From: Acinetobacter sp. ANC 4558
Lineage (GTDB): Bacteria > Pseudomonadota > Gammaproteobacteria > Pseudomonadales > Moraxellaceae
Assembly (NCBI RefSeq): GCF_002135375.1
Contig: NZ_NEGH01000007.1
Location: 2,907-42,906, forward strand
Direction of reading: 5' to 3'
Length of the DNA stretch: 40,000 nucleotides
Positions 31,469 to 40,000 of this stretch are shown one piece after another (position 1 is the first letter of the stretch; each line of letters starts with the position of its first letter). Under the pieces are notes generated by a model that saw nothing but the letters and a program-made list of their open reading frames with translations, ran no database searches and was not told the origin of the DNA. The position numbers were made by a program, and so were the translations under genes.

Positions 31469-31739
31469 ATTATTTATTTTTAATATAAATCAATTACCCC
31501 AAAATTGACTTTTTTTTCAACAAATAGATGATCAAACCAAAACTTTAGCATTAAAACCAATCGATTAATTAACCCATTAATTTTTAAAATAATAATTTTT
31601 TAAATTTAGATTAATTACTCTATTTTTCACTTAATTCATGAGTTCACAGCGCTTTTCTGATGCAACTGAGTATTTACTCTTTTTTTATTTATGTTACTTT
31701 TCCACCACTTTTTGTTACAAAATAGCATCAGGGAATACC

Positions 31740-32873
31740 ATGAAGCTGAATAAATTATATCTTGCGGTAAGTTTATCTACCCTTTCTTTCTCATCTATTG
31801 CAGCAGGTCTAGATCGCTCAGGTCAGTCTATCGCCGCATTTTTACAGCCTAATAATTATGCAGAAGCCAGCTTCCATCTATTAGATCCGAATGTAAAAGG
31901 TAAAGACAAACATGGAAATGCCGTCGGTAATATGGGGGAACATTACTACTTCCCTACAGCTGCAATAAAAGTACAAGCAACCAATCAAATTTCTTTAGGT
32001 CTGCTCTATGATCAGCCATATGGTGGCGATGCTTCATATCAAGTTGATGGTTCTGACTTTGCCAATGCTAAAGAAGGCACAAAAGTTAAAGTTCGTACCA
32101 ATAATCTAACAGCGCTCATTGGGTATCAACCTACTGAAAACTGGAATATTTACGCAGGTCCAGTTTGGCAAACTGTTGAAGCTGATATTTCCTTACGTGG
32201 CAATGCCTATAGTGTACTCAGTGGCTATGATATTAACGTAAAACAAAAAGATGCCTACGGTTGGGTTGCAGGTCTTGCTTATCAAATTCCTGAAATTGCC
32301 TTAAAAACTTCGATTACCTATCGTTCTGAAATCAAGCACAATGCACATGCAACTGAAAGCCATCCACTTTTAGGTTCTTTTCAAAATCGTTTAGAAGCGA
32401 TCACCCCACAATCTGTGAATTTAGATTTACAAACTGGGATTAGTCCAAATACTTTAGCATTCACCAATGTTCGTTGGGTTCACTGGGATCACTTTGTTGT
32501 CAGCCCCACCGCGTTAGGCAATGCTACTCAAATGTTTACAGGAACACGTCAAGATCTGATCAGCTATTCTAAAGATCAATGGTCAGTGACAAGTGGTCTG
32601 GCACACAAATTCACAGACAAATGGTCTGGAACAGCATTGGTTGGATGGGATTCAGGCGCTGGTAATCCAATTACAGTACTTGGTCCTACAAAAGGATATT
32701 GGAGTTTTGGGTTAGGTGGACAATATAGCCCAGCAAAAGACTACTTTATTCAAGCAGGAATGAAATATTTCTGGTTAGGTGATGCAGATGGGCAAACTGC
32801 TGGATCAATCAAAGGAAAATTTGAAAACAACCATGCATTGGGTTATAGCGTAAAAATCGGTTATAAATTTTAA
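31740..32873 (+). CDS. FadL/OmpP1-family outer-membrane transporter (short paralog, 377 aa)
   Basis: ATG 31740 (AGGGAA SD) gives the signal peptide MKLNKLYLAVSLSTLSFSSIAAG. The product is collinear with the upstream paralog and ends ..KIGYKF. Confidence 0.85.
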   Translation: MKLNKLYLAVSLSTLSFSSIAAGLDRSGQSIAAFLQPNNYAEASFHLLDPNVKGKDKHGNAVGNMGEHYYFPTAAIKVQATNQISLGLLYDQPYGGDASYQVDGSDFANAKEGTKVKVRTNNLTALIGYQPTENWNIYAGPVWQTVEADISLRGNAYSVLSGYDINVKQKDAYGWVAGLAYQIPEIALKTSITYRSEIKHNAHATESHPLLGSFQNRLEAITPQSVNLDLQTGISPNTLAFTNVRWVHWDHFVVSPTALGNATQMFTGTRQDLISYSKDQWSVTSGLAHKFTDKWSGTALVGWDSGAGNPITVLGPTKGYWSFGLGGQYSPAKDYFIQAGMKYFWLGDADGQTAGSIKGKFENNHALGYSVKIGYKF

Positions 32874-32886
32874 TTGAATCTAGATT

Positions 32887-32914
32887 AAAAAAGGGCGTGT
32901 AATACGCCCTTTTT
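32887..32914. terminator. Bidirectional terminator between the second FadL paralog and thrH
   Basis: An A-run, then AGGGCGT-gtaat-ACGCCCT, then a T-run. Confidence 0.75.
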
Positions 32915-32931
32915 AATAATCATTCAAATGA

Positions 32932-33549
32932 TTAAGCAGGAATATCACGCACTGATGCGTTACGAATCGCTTCTTTTAATGCTGCATAACCATGAATTGC
33001 TGGAAATTGTGGAAACTCAGCAATGACATTGGCAGGTGCATCAAATAAGAATCCTTGATCTGCTTCACCCAACATTGTCGTGTCGTTATAAGAATCCCCC
33101 GCTGCAATCACACGATAATTTAAACCATGTAATGCTTTAACCGCTTCACGCTTTTGATCTGGTTGGCGTAATTTATATGCGGTAATCATTCCATTTTCAT
33201 CTGTTTCTAACTTATGACAGAAAATCGTTGGCCAACCTAATTGTTTCATTAGCGGATGCGCGAATTCATAAAATGTATCTGACAAAATAATCAATTGAAA
33301 ATGGGTACGTAACCATTCTACAAATTCTTTTGCGCCTTCAAATGGCCCCATATCAGCAATCACGTCTTGAATATCATTTAACCCTAAGCCGTGTTGCTTT
33401 AAAATATTAAGACGCTGAGTCATTAATACATCGTAGTCTGGGATATCACGAGTTGTTGCTTCTAACTCTTTAATTCCAGTTTTTTTTGCAAAATTGATCC
33501 AAATTTCTGGAACCAAAACACCCTCAAGATCTAGACATACGATTTCCAT
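32932..33549 (-). CDS. thrH: Phosphoserine phosphatase / homoserine phosphotransferase ThrH
   Basis: MEIVCLDLEGVLVPEIWI...AAGDSYNDTTML closely parallels Pseudomonas ThrH as I remember it. The start is ATG 33549 with a GGAGAA SD. Confidence 0.85.
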   Translation of the reverse strand: MEIVCLDLEGVLVPEIWINFAKKTGIKELEATTRDIPDYDVLMTQRLNILKQHGLGLNDIQDVIADMGPFEGAKEFVEWLRTHFQLIILSDTFYEFAHPLMKQLGWPTIFCHKLETDENGMITAYKLRQPDQKREAVKALHGLNYRVIAAGDSYNDTTMLGEADQGFLFDAPANVIAEFPQFPAIHGYAALKEAIRNASVRDIPA

Positions 33550-33752
33550 GGGTTCTCCAAATGCCACTATGATTTAAAATTTCCCTATCATAGCCAAGAA
33601 ATCAAATTTTCTCATCAATTATCTTTTAAATCTGTTTTTTTCATAAGTATCTATTTTTTAGTGATAAGTGTGTTTTAACATTTCTATTAAAATAGGTATG
33701 AATTTATTGAATATAGGTTTTGAAGCCTCCAAGCCTATTTGCCAGGACTCTC

Positions 33753-34484
33753 ATGACTACAATTCCGACGATTGATATTGTCGATGCGCTTGCATCTGAA
33801 TATAAAGATAAATCACCAAGTGAAATTTTAGAACTCGCACTCAGCCAAGAAGGTGAAATTGCAATTTCTTTTTCTGGTGCAGAAGATGTTGTTCTGATTG
33901 ATATCGCCTCACATTTAGGTAAGCCATTTCGCGTATTTAGCCTAGATACCGGACGCTTACATGCTGAAACTTATCAATTTATCGAGCAGGTTCGTAAACA
34001 TTATAAAATTGATATTGAAATCTGCTTCCCTGAATCTGACGCTGTACAAAAACTTGTCACCGAAAAAGGCTTGTTTAGCTTTTATCAAGATGACCATAAA
34101 GAATGTTGCGGTATTCGGAAAGTACAACCTTTACGTAAAAAACTTGCTACGCTAGATGGATGGATTACTGGTCAACGTAAAGATCAAAGTCCAGGAACAC
34201 GTAATGAAATTCCTGTAATACAAGCAGATGTAGGGTTTTCAGGAGTTGGCAAGCAATTAATTAAATATAATCCTCTCGCAAATTGGTCAAGCGCTGATGT
34301 CTGGAATTATATTCGTCTAATGGAAATTCCATATAATCCACTACATGAACGTGGTTTTACTTCTATTGGTTGTGAACCTTGTACTCGCCCTGTCCTTCCT
34401 AATCAACATGAACGAGAAGGTCGCTGGTGGTGGGAGGAAGCGACCCATAAAGAATGCGGATTACATGCCGGAAACTTAAAATAA
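33753..34484 (+). CDS. cysH: Adenylylsulfate/phosphoadenylylsulfate reductase CysH (Fe-S type)
   Basis: KECCGIRKV and GCEPCT cysteine pairs plus a C-terminal ECGLH motif. The start is ATG 33753 with an AGGA SD. Confidence 0.9.
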   Translation: MTTIPTIDIVDALASEYKDKSPSEILELALSQEGEIAISFSGAEDVVLIDIASHLGKPFRVFSLDTGRLHAETYQFIEQVRKHYKIDIEICFPESDAVQKLVTEKGLFSFYQDDHKECCGIRKVQPLRKKLATLDGWITGQRKDQSPGTRNEIPVIQADVGFSGVGKQLIKYNPLANWSSADVWNYIRLMEIPYNPLHERGFTSIGCEPCTRPVLPNQHEREGRWWWEEATHKECGLHAGNLK

Positions 34485-34658
34485 TCTTTTTTAAATTAAA
34501 GACTTTCATGTAAAGTCTTTAATTTATTATTTGAAAACTCACGTACTCATATATTTATTTAATAAAGTCGCTATAATTTAATTGAAACATCAAATTCCTA
34601 AAAAATATGGCCGCTCATAAAGGAGTAGCAACGTTTTTGCAGTGAGGCAATAAGTATT

Positions 34659-36038
34659 ATGCGTCCATTACACCCTATTGATATTATTTTTCTTTCTTTA
34701 GAAAAAAGACAACAACCTATGCATGTAGGTGGACTTTTTTTATTTCAAATTCCTGAGAATGCTCCATCTTCATTTATACAAGACTTAGTTGCAGATATTA
34801 GACAGTCAAAATCTATTCCAATTCCTCCTTTTAATAATAAACTGAGCGGACTTTTTTGGGGCGAAGATGAAGAGTTTGATCTAGATCATCACTTCCGACA
34901 CATTGCTTTACCTAAGCCAGGTCGCATTCGTGAGTTATTAACTTATATTTCCCAAGAACACAGTTCACTCATTGATCGTGCGAAACCTTTATGGACATGC
35001 CATATTATTGAAGGAATTGAAGGCAATCGTTTTGCCATGTATTTTAAAATTCATCATGCGATGGTTGATGGTATTGCAGGTATGCGTCTCCTTGAAAAAT
35101 CATTTTCTAGAGACCCGAATGCCAAACGTATTGTCCCACCTTGGTGTATTGAGGGTGAACGATCTAAACGCTTAAAACAAACGAAATTAAGCAGAATCAA
35201 AGGAGTCGTTTCTGGCTTAAAGAGTCAACTTGAAGCAGCTCCTGGTGTATTTCATGAGCTTTCACAAACCATTACTAAAGATATTGGTCGAAATCCAGAT
35301 TACGTTTCTAGCTTTCAAGCGCCAGCATGCATACTCAATCAACGTGTCAGTTCATCCCGCCGATTTGCTGCCCAATCATTTGAATTTTCACGTTTAACGC
35401 ATATTGCTCAATCATTAAATGTCACGATCAATGATATTATTTTAGCCGTTTGTTCTGGTGCTTTACGTGAATATCTCATTTCTCAAAAAGCATTACCTCA
35501 TAAACCACTCATTGCAATGGTGCCGGCTTCTATTCGAGATGATGATTCTGAAGTGTCGAATCGAATTACCATGATTCTTGCAAATTTAGGAACACATAAG
35601 GAAGATCCTTTAGAGCGCTTACAAATTGTACGTCGTAGCGTTTTAAAAGCAAAACAACGATTCAAACGTATGACACCTAATCAAATTTTAAATTATAGTG
35701 CCTTTGTATATAGTGCAGCGGGTTTAAATATTATTTCGGGTCTCATGCCAAAACGACAAGCCTTTAATTTAGTGATATCAAACGTTCCTGGCCCTAGAGA
35801 ACCTTTGTATTGGAATGGCGCAAAATTAGAAGCATTATATCCAGCATCAATTGTTTTGGATGGGCAAGCTTTAAATATCACCATGACCAGCTATCTAGAT
35901 AAACTTGAAGTTGGCTTAACTGCTTGCCGTAACTCGTTACCTAAAATGCAAAATTTATTGATTCACTTAGAAGATGAAATTCAACGCTTTGAGAATTTAA
36001 TTAAAACACCACAGCTTGAGCTTCAAGAAGTCAGTTAA
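34659..36038 (+). CDS. atfA: Wax ester synthase / acyl-CoA:diacylglycerol acyltransferase
   Basis: The HHAMVDG active-site motif is present. The product is near-collinear with Acinetobacter baylyi AtfA (MRPLHPIDFIFLSLEKRQQPMHVGGLFLFQIP...) as I remember it. Confidence 0.95.
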   Translation: MRPLHPIDIIFLSLEKRQQPMHVGGLFLFQIPENAPSSFIQDLVADIRQSKSIPIPPFNNKLSGLFWGEDEEFDLDHHFRHIALPKPGRIRELLTYISQEHSSLIDRAKPLWTCHIIEGIEGNRFAMYFKIHHAMVDGIAGMRLLEKSFSRDPNAKRIVPPWCIEGERSKRLKQTKLSRIKGVVSGLKSQLEAAPGVFHELSQTITKDIGRNPDYVSSFQAPACILNQRVSSSRRFAAQSFEFSRLTHIAQSLNVTINDIILAVCSGALREYLISQKALPHKPLIAMVPASIRDDDSEVSNRITMILANLGTHKEDPLERLQIVRRSVLKAKQRFKRMTPNQILNYSAFVYSAAGLNIISGLMPKRQAFNLVISNVPGPREPLYWNGAKLEALYPASIVLDGQALNITMTSYLDKLEVGLTACRNSLPKMQNLLIHLEDEIQRFENLIKTPQLELQEVS

Positions 36039-36073
36039 AAAGTGTTATTACTGTAAAATCTATAGATAAAATT

Positions 36074-36092
36074 AAAGGGCTTAGCGCCCTTT
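36074..36092. terminator. Hairpin terminator after atfA
   Basis: AAAGGGC-ttagc-GCCCTTT followed by AATTT. Confidence 0.55.
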
Positions 36093-36391
36093 AATTTAGT
36101 TTTTAATATTTCGACATTGCTTTAATAATTGCTGACACACTGTTCTCACCATCGCAGTTGTAATCTGAACTTCTTTACCTTCCGCATCAAGCATATATCC
36201 GCGATGCGTATTTTGACTTTCAAGTACTTTGATGCTTTTCTTAATAACTGTATCCACATTCATGATTACTACCCCTTGGCTTAGACCTCTATAACGAGTC
36301 TTTGTTTAGCTAATGCGTGTAGTATTGTGAATTTAACGCAAAAAGTAAAATTACAGATGTAACAACTGTTTAATGATATTTTGTTACACAT

Positions 36392-37846
36392 TTAACTCAA
36401 AATGATATCATATTGCTCTTGCGTATATAAATTTTCCACTTGAAACTTTATGACTCTATTCAAGAAATGCTCTAAATCTGCGACAGACGTCGCTTCTGTT
36501 GTTAATAAACGATCGACAACCAAAGGATGCGCAACGACAGTAAAGCCACTCTGAGAAGCATATGCACGAGCATATCTCATGATTTCTCGAAAAATTTCGT
36601 AACAAATAGACTCTGCTGTTTTAACAAAACCACGTCCTTGACAAATTGGACAAGATTCACATAACAAATGTTCTAAAGATTCACGTGTTCTTTTACGTGT
36701 CATTTCAACCAAACCAAGCTCAGAAACTTGTGTAATTTTGGTTTTTGCATGATCCCGTTCAAGCATCCGTTCAAACTGAAGTAGCACTTCTTCACGATGA
36801 TGGGATTCTTGCATATCAATAAAGTCAATAATAATAATGCCACCCAAATTTCTTAATCGAAGTTGGCGTGCAATAATTTGGGTTGCTTCCATATTGGTTT
36901 TAAAAACCGTATCTTCCAATGAACGGCCTCCCACATATGACCCAGTATTTACATCAATAGTGGTCATCGCCTCAGTCTGGTCAATCATCAAGTAACCGCC
37001 CGATTTGAGAGCTACCCGTGTTTGTAAGGCTTTTTGGATATCTTCTTCAATATTATACAAATCGAAAATTGGGCGCTCACCTGGGTAATGCCCCAAGCGA
37101 TTTTTCATCATTGGTACAAATTCTTCAACAAACTCTGCTAACTTTCCATGTACTTCTCTTGAATCGACATAAATTTTTGCGGTGTTTTCATTGGCTAAGT
37201 CACGAATCACACGTTGAGGTAATGGTAATTCCTCAAAAATGAGGGATGGTACGCTCACCAATTGTTGTTTGCGTTGAATATGTTTCCAAAGTTTAGCCAA
37301 ATATGCCATATCTTGGGCGATTTCTTCTTCTGAAACGCCTTCCGCAGCAGTACGAACAATCACTGAACCTGGTAATTTATGTTGTTTTTGAATCCGTTCA
37401 ATAATATTTTTTAAGCGCTCACGCTCAACATCAGACTCAATACGTTGAGAAACACCTATATGATTTCCATAAGGCATCAAGACTAAATAACGTGATGGAA
37501 TTGAGAGATCGGTGCTTAAACGCGCACCTTTGGTTCCCAACATATCTTTCATGACTTGTACAACCAATATTTGACCTGGTTGTAATAATTCAAAGACATT
37601 TGGAATGGCTTGATTACGCGGCCATACCATATCATTAATATGTAAAAATGCAGTTCTAGATAATCCAATATCAACAAAAGCAGCTTGCATACCTGGTAAA
37701 ACACGCACAACTTTACCTTTATAGATATTTCCCACCAACCCACGCTTTGCCGTACGTTCAATAAATAATTCATTGACCGTTCCGTTTTGAATTAATGCTA
37801 CACGACATTCCATGGGTGTAACATTAATCAGTAACTCGTCTGACAT
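36392..37846 (-). CDS. rng: Ribonuclease G
   Basis: MSDELLINVTPMECRVALIQNG...IYKGKVVRVLPGMQAAFVDIGL parallels E. coli RNase G. ATG 37846 is preferred over the TTG at 37858. Confidence 0.9.
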   Translation of the reverse strand: MSDELLINVTPMECRVALIQNGTVNELFIERTAKRGLVGNIYKGKVVRVLPGMQAAFVDIGLSRTAFLHINDMVWPRNQAIPNVFELLQPGQILVVQVMKDMLGTKGARLSTDLSIPSRYLVLMPYGNHIGVSQRIESDVERERLKNIIERIQKQHKLPGSVIVRTAAEGVSEEEIAQDMAYLAKLWKHIQRKQQLVSVPSLIFEELPLPQRVIRDLANENTAKIYVDSREVHGKLAEFVEEFVPMMKNRLGHYPGERPIFDLYNIEEDIQKALQTRVALKSGGYLMIDQTEAMTTIDVNTGSYVGGRSLEDTVFKTNMEATQIIARQLRLRNLGGIIIIDFIDMQESHHREEVLLQFERMLERDHAKTKITQVSELGLVEMTRKRTRESLEHLLCESCPICQGRGFVKTAESICYEIFREIMRYARAYASQSGFTVVAHPLVVDRLLTTEATSVADLEHFLNRVIKFQVENLYTQEQYDIILS

Positions 37847-37892
37847 AATAGAACTCAAAACATTATAAAATTATAAAAATTTGGTTCAGCAG

Positions 37893-38459
37893 TTAATGTA
37901 AAGCCCCAACTGTCTGTAATAATTGTCTAGTTTCAAATAAAGGAAGACCAACAACATTGCTATAGCTGCCTATAATTTTAGGGATATACTGTGCTGCAAT
38001 TCCTTGAATTGCATAAGCACCAGCTTTTCCGATCGGCTCGCCTGTTGCCCAATAATATTCCATATCATTTTGGCTAAGCTGTTGAAATTCAACTTTAGTG
38101 CTTACCACTATACTCAATTTTTGTTGCTTTGTCTGAACACAAACACCTGTGTATACATGATGTTCACGCCCAGAAATTAATGTCCACATTTCAAAAGCAT
38201 GTTGTTTTGATTTAGGTTTCCCCAATATTCTTTGATCAATTTCCAAGCTTGTATCTGCCGCAATAATCACAGCATCAGGAAATTTTTCCAACACGATATT
38301 TGCTTTTTCTACAGAAAGCCTTTCTACATAGTGCTCAACAGGTTCATGTTGCAATATAGCTTCATTAATCTTTGGACTATAAGTATCAAAGTGTAGGCCT
38401 AATTGTAATAAAAGCTCACGACGTCGTGGTGAGCTTGAAGCAAGTATTATATTCGCCAT
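37893..38459 (-). CDS. maf: Maf-like nucleoside triphosphate pyrophosphatase
   Basis: ATG 38459 gives MANIILASSSPRRRELL. The track's longer ORF would run through mreD. Confidence 0.85.
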   Translation of the reverse strand: MANIILASSSPRRRELLLQLGLHFDTYSPKINEAILQHEPVEHYVERLSVEKANIVLEKFPDAVIIAADTSLEIDQRILGKPKSKQHAFEMWTLISGREHHVYTGVCVQTKQQKLSIVVSTKVEFQQLSQNDMEYYWATGEPIGKAGAYAIQGIAAQYIPKIIGSYSNVVGLPLFETRQLLQTVGALH

Positions 38460-38938
38460 CTTTTCAATACATAATAAAATATAGGCCAAACAACAACGGT
38501 CGGAAACCACGGTGTCCAATGACGAGTGAATACAAAATCGGTACCACTCATAATGTGTGCTAAAAAGGTGATCGTCAAATATGCCGTCACACCTAAAATA
38601 GTGATAATCCACAAATTCATAAACGTCATAATACGGCGTTCACGTGTTAAATAACGTGCGATGAAGGTGATCACCACAAAAGAAAATGCATTTAATCCTA
38701 ATGGCGCATCTAATAATAAATCGGTAAATATACCAGTTGCAAAAGCAAACCAAACACCACACCACGTTGGCTGACATAAGACCCAAAATAACATGACGAT
38801 AAACATAAAACATGGTCGCCATCCAGAGAAGGTATATGAGAGTGGATAAACCGTTAAAACAGATGCCACCAAGATCGATATTATAATTGGAAATAATGGA
38901 TCTCTAGATTTTGAATACCCTATTTTAGCGCTCAGCAT
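38447..38938 (-). CDS. mreD: Rod shape-determining protein MreD
   Basis: A 163-aa polytopic membrane protein downstream of mreC. Confidence 0.85.
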   Translation of the reverse strand: MLSAKIGYSKSRDPLFPIIISILVASVLTVYPLSYTFSGWRPCFMFIVMLFWVLCQPTWCGVWFAFATGIFTDLLLDAPLGLNAFSFVVITFIARYLTRERRIMTFMNLWIITILGVTAYLTITFLAHIMSGTDFVFTRHWTPWFPTVVVWPIFYYVLKRWRI

Positions 38939-39782
38939 AAGGTTGCTCCATTGCTAGAGAGTTTGAATAAAGTACAACAACATGATGACCACTCGCGAGT
39001 TGTGCCGCAGGTATAACATCTATTTGTGCGAACTCACCCGTATTATGTCGACTGACTTTTGCAACTGTTCCAACTAAATAGCCAGCTGGAAAATGTTCGC
39101 CAAGCCCTGAACTATATACTTTTTCACCTACTTTAATATCTGCACTAGTAGGCACATATTCCATTTTAAGTAATCCTAAGTCTCCAGTACCCGAAACAAT
39201 AGCACGCATTCCACTTCGTTCTAAACGAACAGATAAGGAATGTTCTTTATCAGATAACAGCATGACACGACTACTTCTTGGTGACACAGAAATAATTTGT
39301 CCAATAATCCCTTTATCATCCAGTACCGTTTGACCTACCTTAAGTTGGTTCATTGATCCACGATTAATGACAATAATATGACGTAATGGGTCAGCATCTG
39401 TACCAATGACTTCGGCAATTTCCATCCGTCCATCAATAATTAATGGCGTATCAAGCAAACCGCGCAAACGTGTATTCTCAGCAGATAGTTCTGAGAGTTT
39501 TTGAAGACGTACATTCGCCTGCGATAATTCTGCACGCATTGCTGTATTTTCACGACGTAATTGCGCTTCTGATTTACTTTGTTGACTCAGCCACTCTCGC
39601 GAAAGTACGGGATAACTTGCAAGGGTATAAATTGGATTATAAGCCGTGTACAAGACATCTCTTGCAGGTTGAATTACATGTGGCATACGATAATTAAAAA
39701 ACAATATGACCAGACACGTAATCACTGCAATAATAAATGAGCGAAAAGATGGCGGTTGTCTAGAGAACAAATTTGCTTGCAC
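38925..39782 (-). CDS. mreC: Rod shape-determining protein MreC
   Basis: A 285-aa ORF with an N-terminal TM helix, a coiled coil and beta-rich domains. It has a GTG start and lies downstream of mreB. Confidence 0.9.
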   Translation of the reverse strand: MQANLFSRQPPSFRSFIIAVITCLVILFFNYRMPHVIQPARDVLYTAYNPIYTLASYPVLSREWLSQQSKSEAQLRRENTAMRAELSQANVRLQKLSELSAENTRLRGLLDTPLIIDGRMEIAEVIGTDADPLRHIIVINRGSMNQLKVGQTVLDDKGIIGQIISVSPRSSRVMLLSDKEHSLSVRLERSGMRAIVSGTGDLGLLKMEYVPTSADIKVGEKVYSSGLGEHFPAGYLVGTVAKVSRHNTGEFAQIDVIPAAQLASGHHVVVLYSNSLAMEQPYAER

Positions 39783-39798
39783 CCGCCTTATCCTTTAA

Positions 39799-40000
<202 letters not shown>

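Noticed and set aside
31638-31739. 34-codon upstream extension of the second FadL paralog
   Set aside because: The extension (MSSQRFSDATEYLLFFYLCYF..) precedes a normal SD, ATG and signal peptide at 31740, which aligns with the start of the first paralog.
36096-36264. Small minus-strand gene between atfA and rng (ATG 36264 with an AAGGGG SD)
   Set aside because: Careful codon-by-codon translation gives only a 29-aa ORF that stops at 36175-36177. A longer, protein-like reading I first obtained required two frame changes, and these came from my own transcription slips. There is not enough evidence for either a gene or a pseudogene.
38460-38612. 51-codon extension of the Maf ORF
   Set aside because: It overlaps the 3' part of mreD in another frame. 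The conserved Maf N-terminus (MANIILASSSPRR) starts at ATG 38459.

Overview
The window looks like an Acinetobacter chromosome. The wax-ester synthase AtfA, ThrH and the rng-maf-mreDCB cluster match my memory of those proteins. Positions 1-29579 hold the right-hand ~29.5 kb of an integrated temperate siphovirus prophage. Its left end lies outside the window. From left to right it contains: tail genes on the minus strand (partial tape measure, a G/GT chaperone with a lambda-identical GGGAAAG -1 slippery site, and the tail tube); HK97-type head genes (capsid, ClpP-like protease, portal); terminase large and small subunits; an HNH endonuclease; an AT-rich accessory island (14.3-18.5 kb); a gene in the Q position; RusA; nin-like small ORFs; lambda P- and O-like replication genes with iterons inside the O-like gene; cII-like and cro-like genes; an operator cluster; a cI-like S24 repressor followed by two more genes; a second operator cluster; and a plus-strand early-left operon ending in a Rha/KilAC antirepressor and an AlpA-like Xis. 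The prophage ends at a 24-nt tRNA 3'-end fragment (29556-29579), and no integrase is visible. Host genes follow: two tandem FadL-family porins, thrH, cysH, atfA, rng, maf, mreD, mreC and partial mreB. There are two leading candidates for an under-described system. The first is a HipA-family kinase lacking its N-terminal subdomain, paired with a HipS-like + HIRAN fusion protein (14849-16526). This pair is carried as a moron bracketed by perfect 66-bp direct repeats. The second is a cI-linked soluble protein plus 4-TM protein pair occupying the lambda rexA/rexB position (24565-25858). Other points of interest are terminator-bracketed morons inside the late operon, membrane-protein exclusion candidates, and conserved gene-junction repeats. 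All homology statements rest on reading the translations and on memory. No searches were run.
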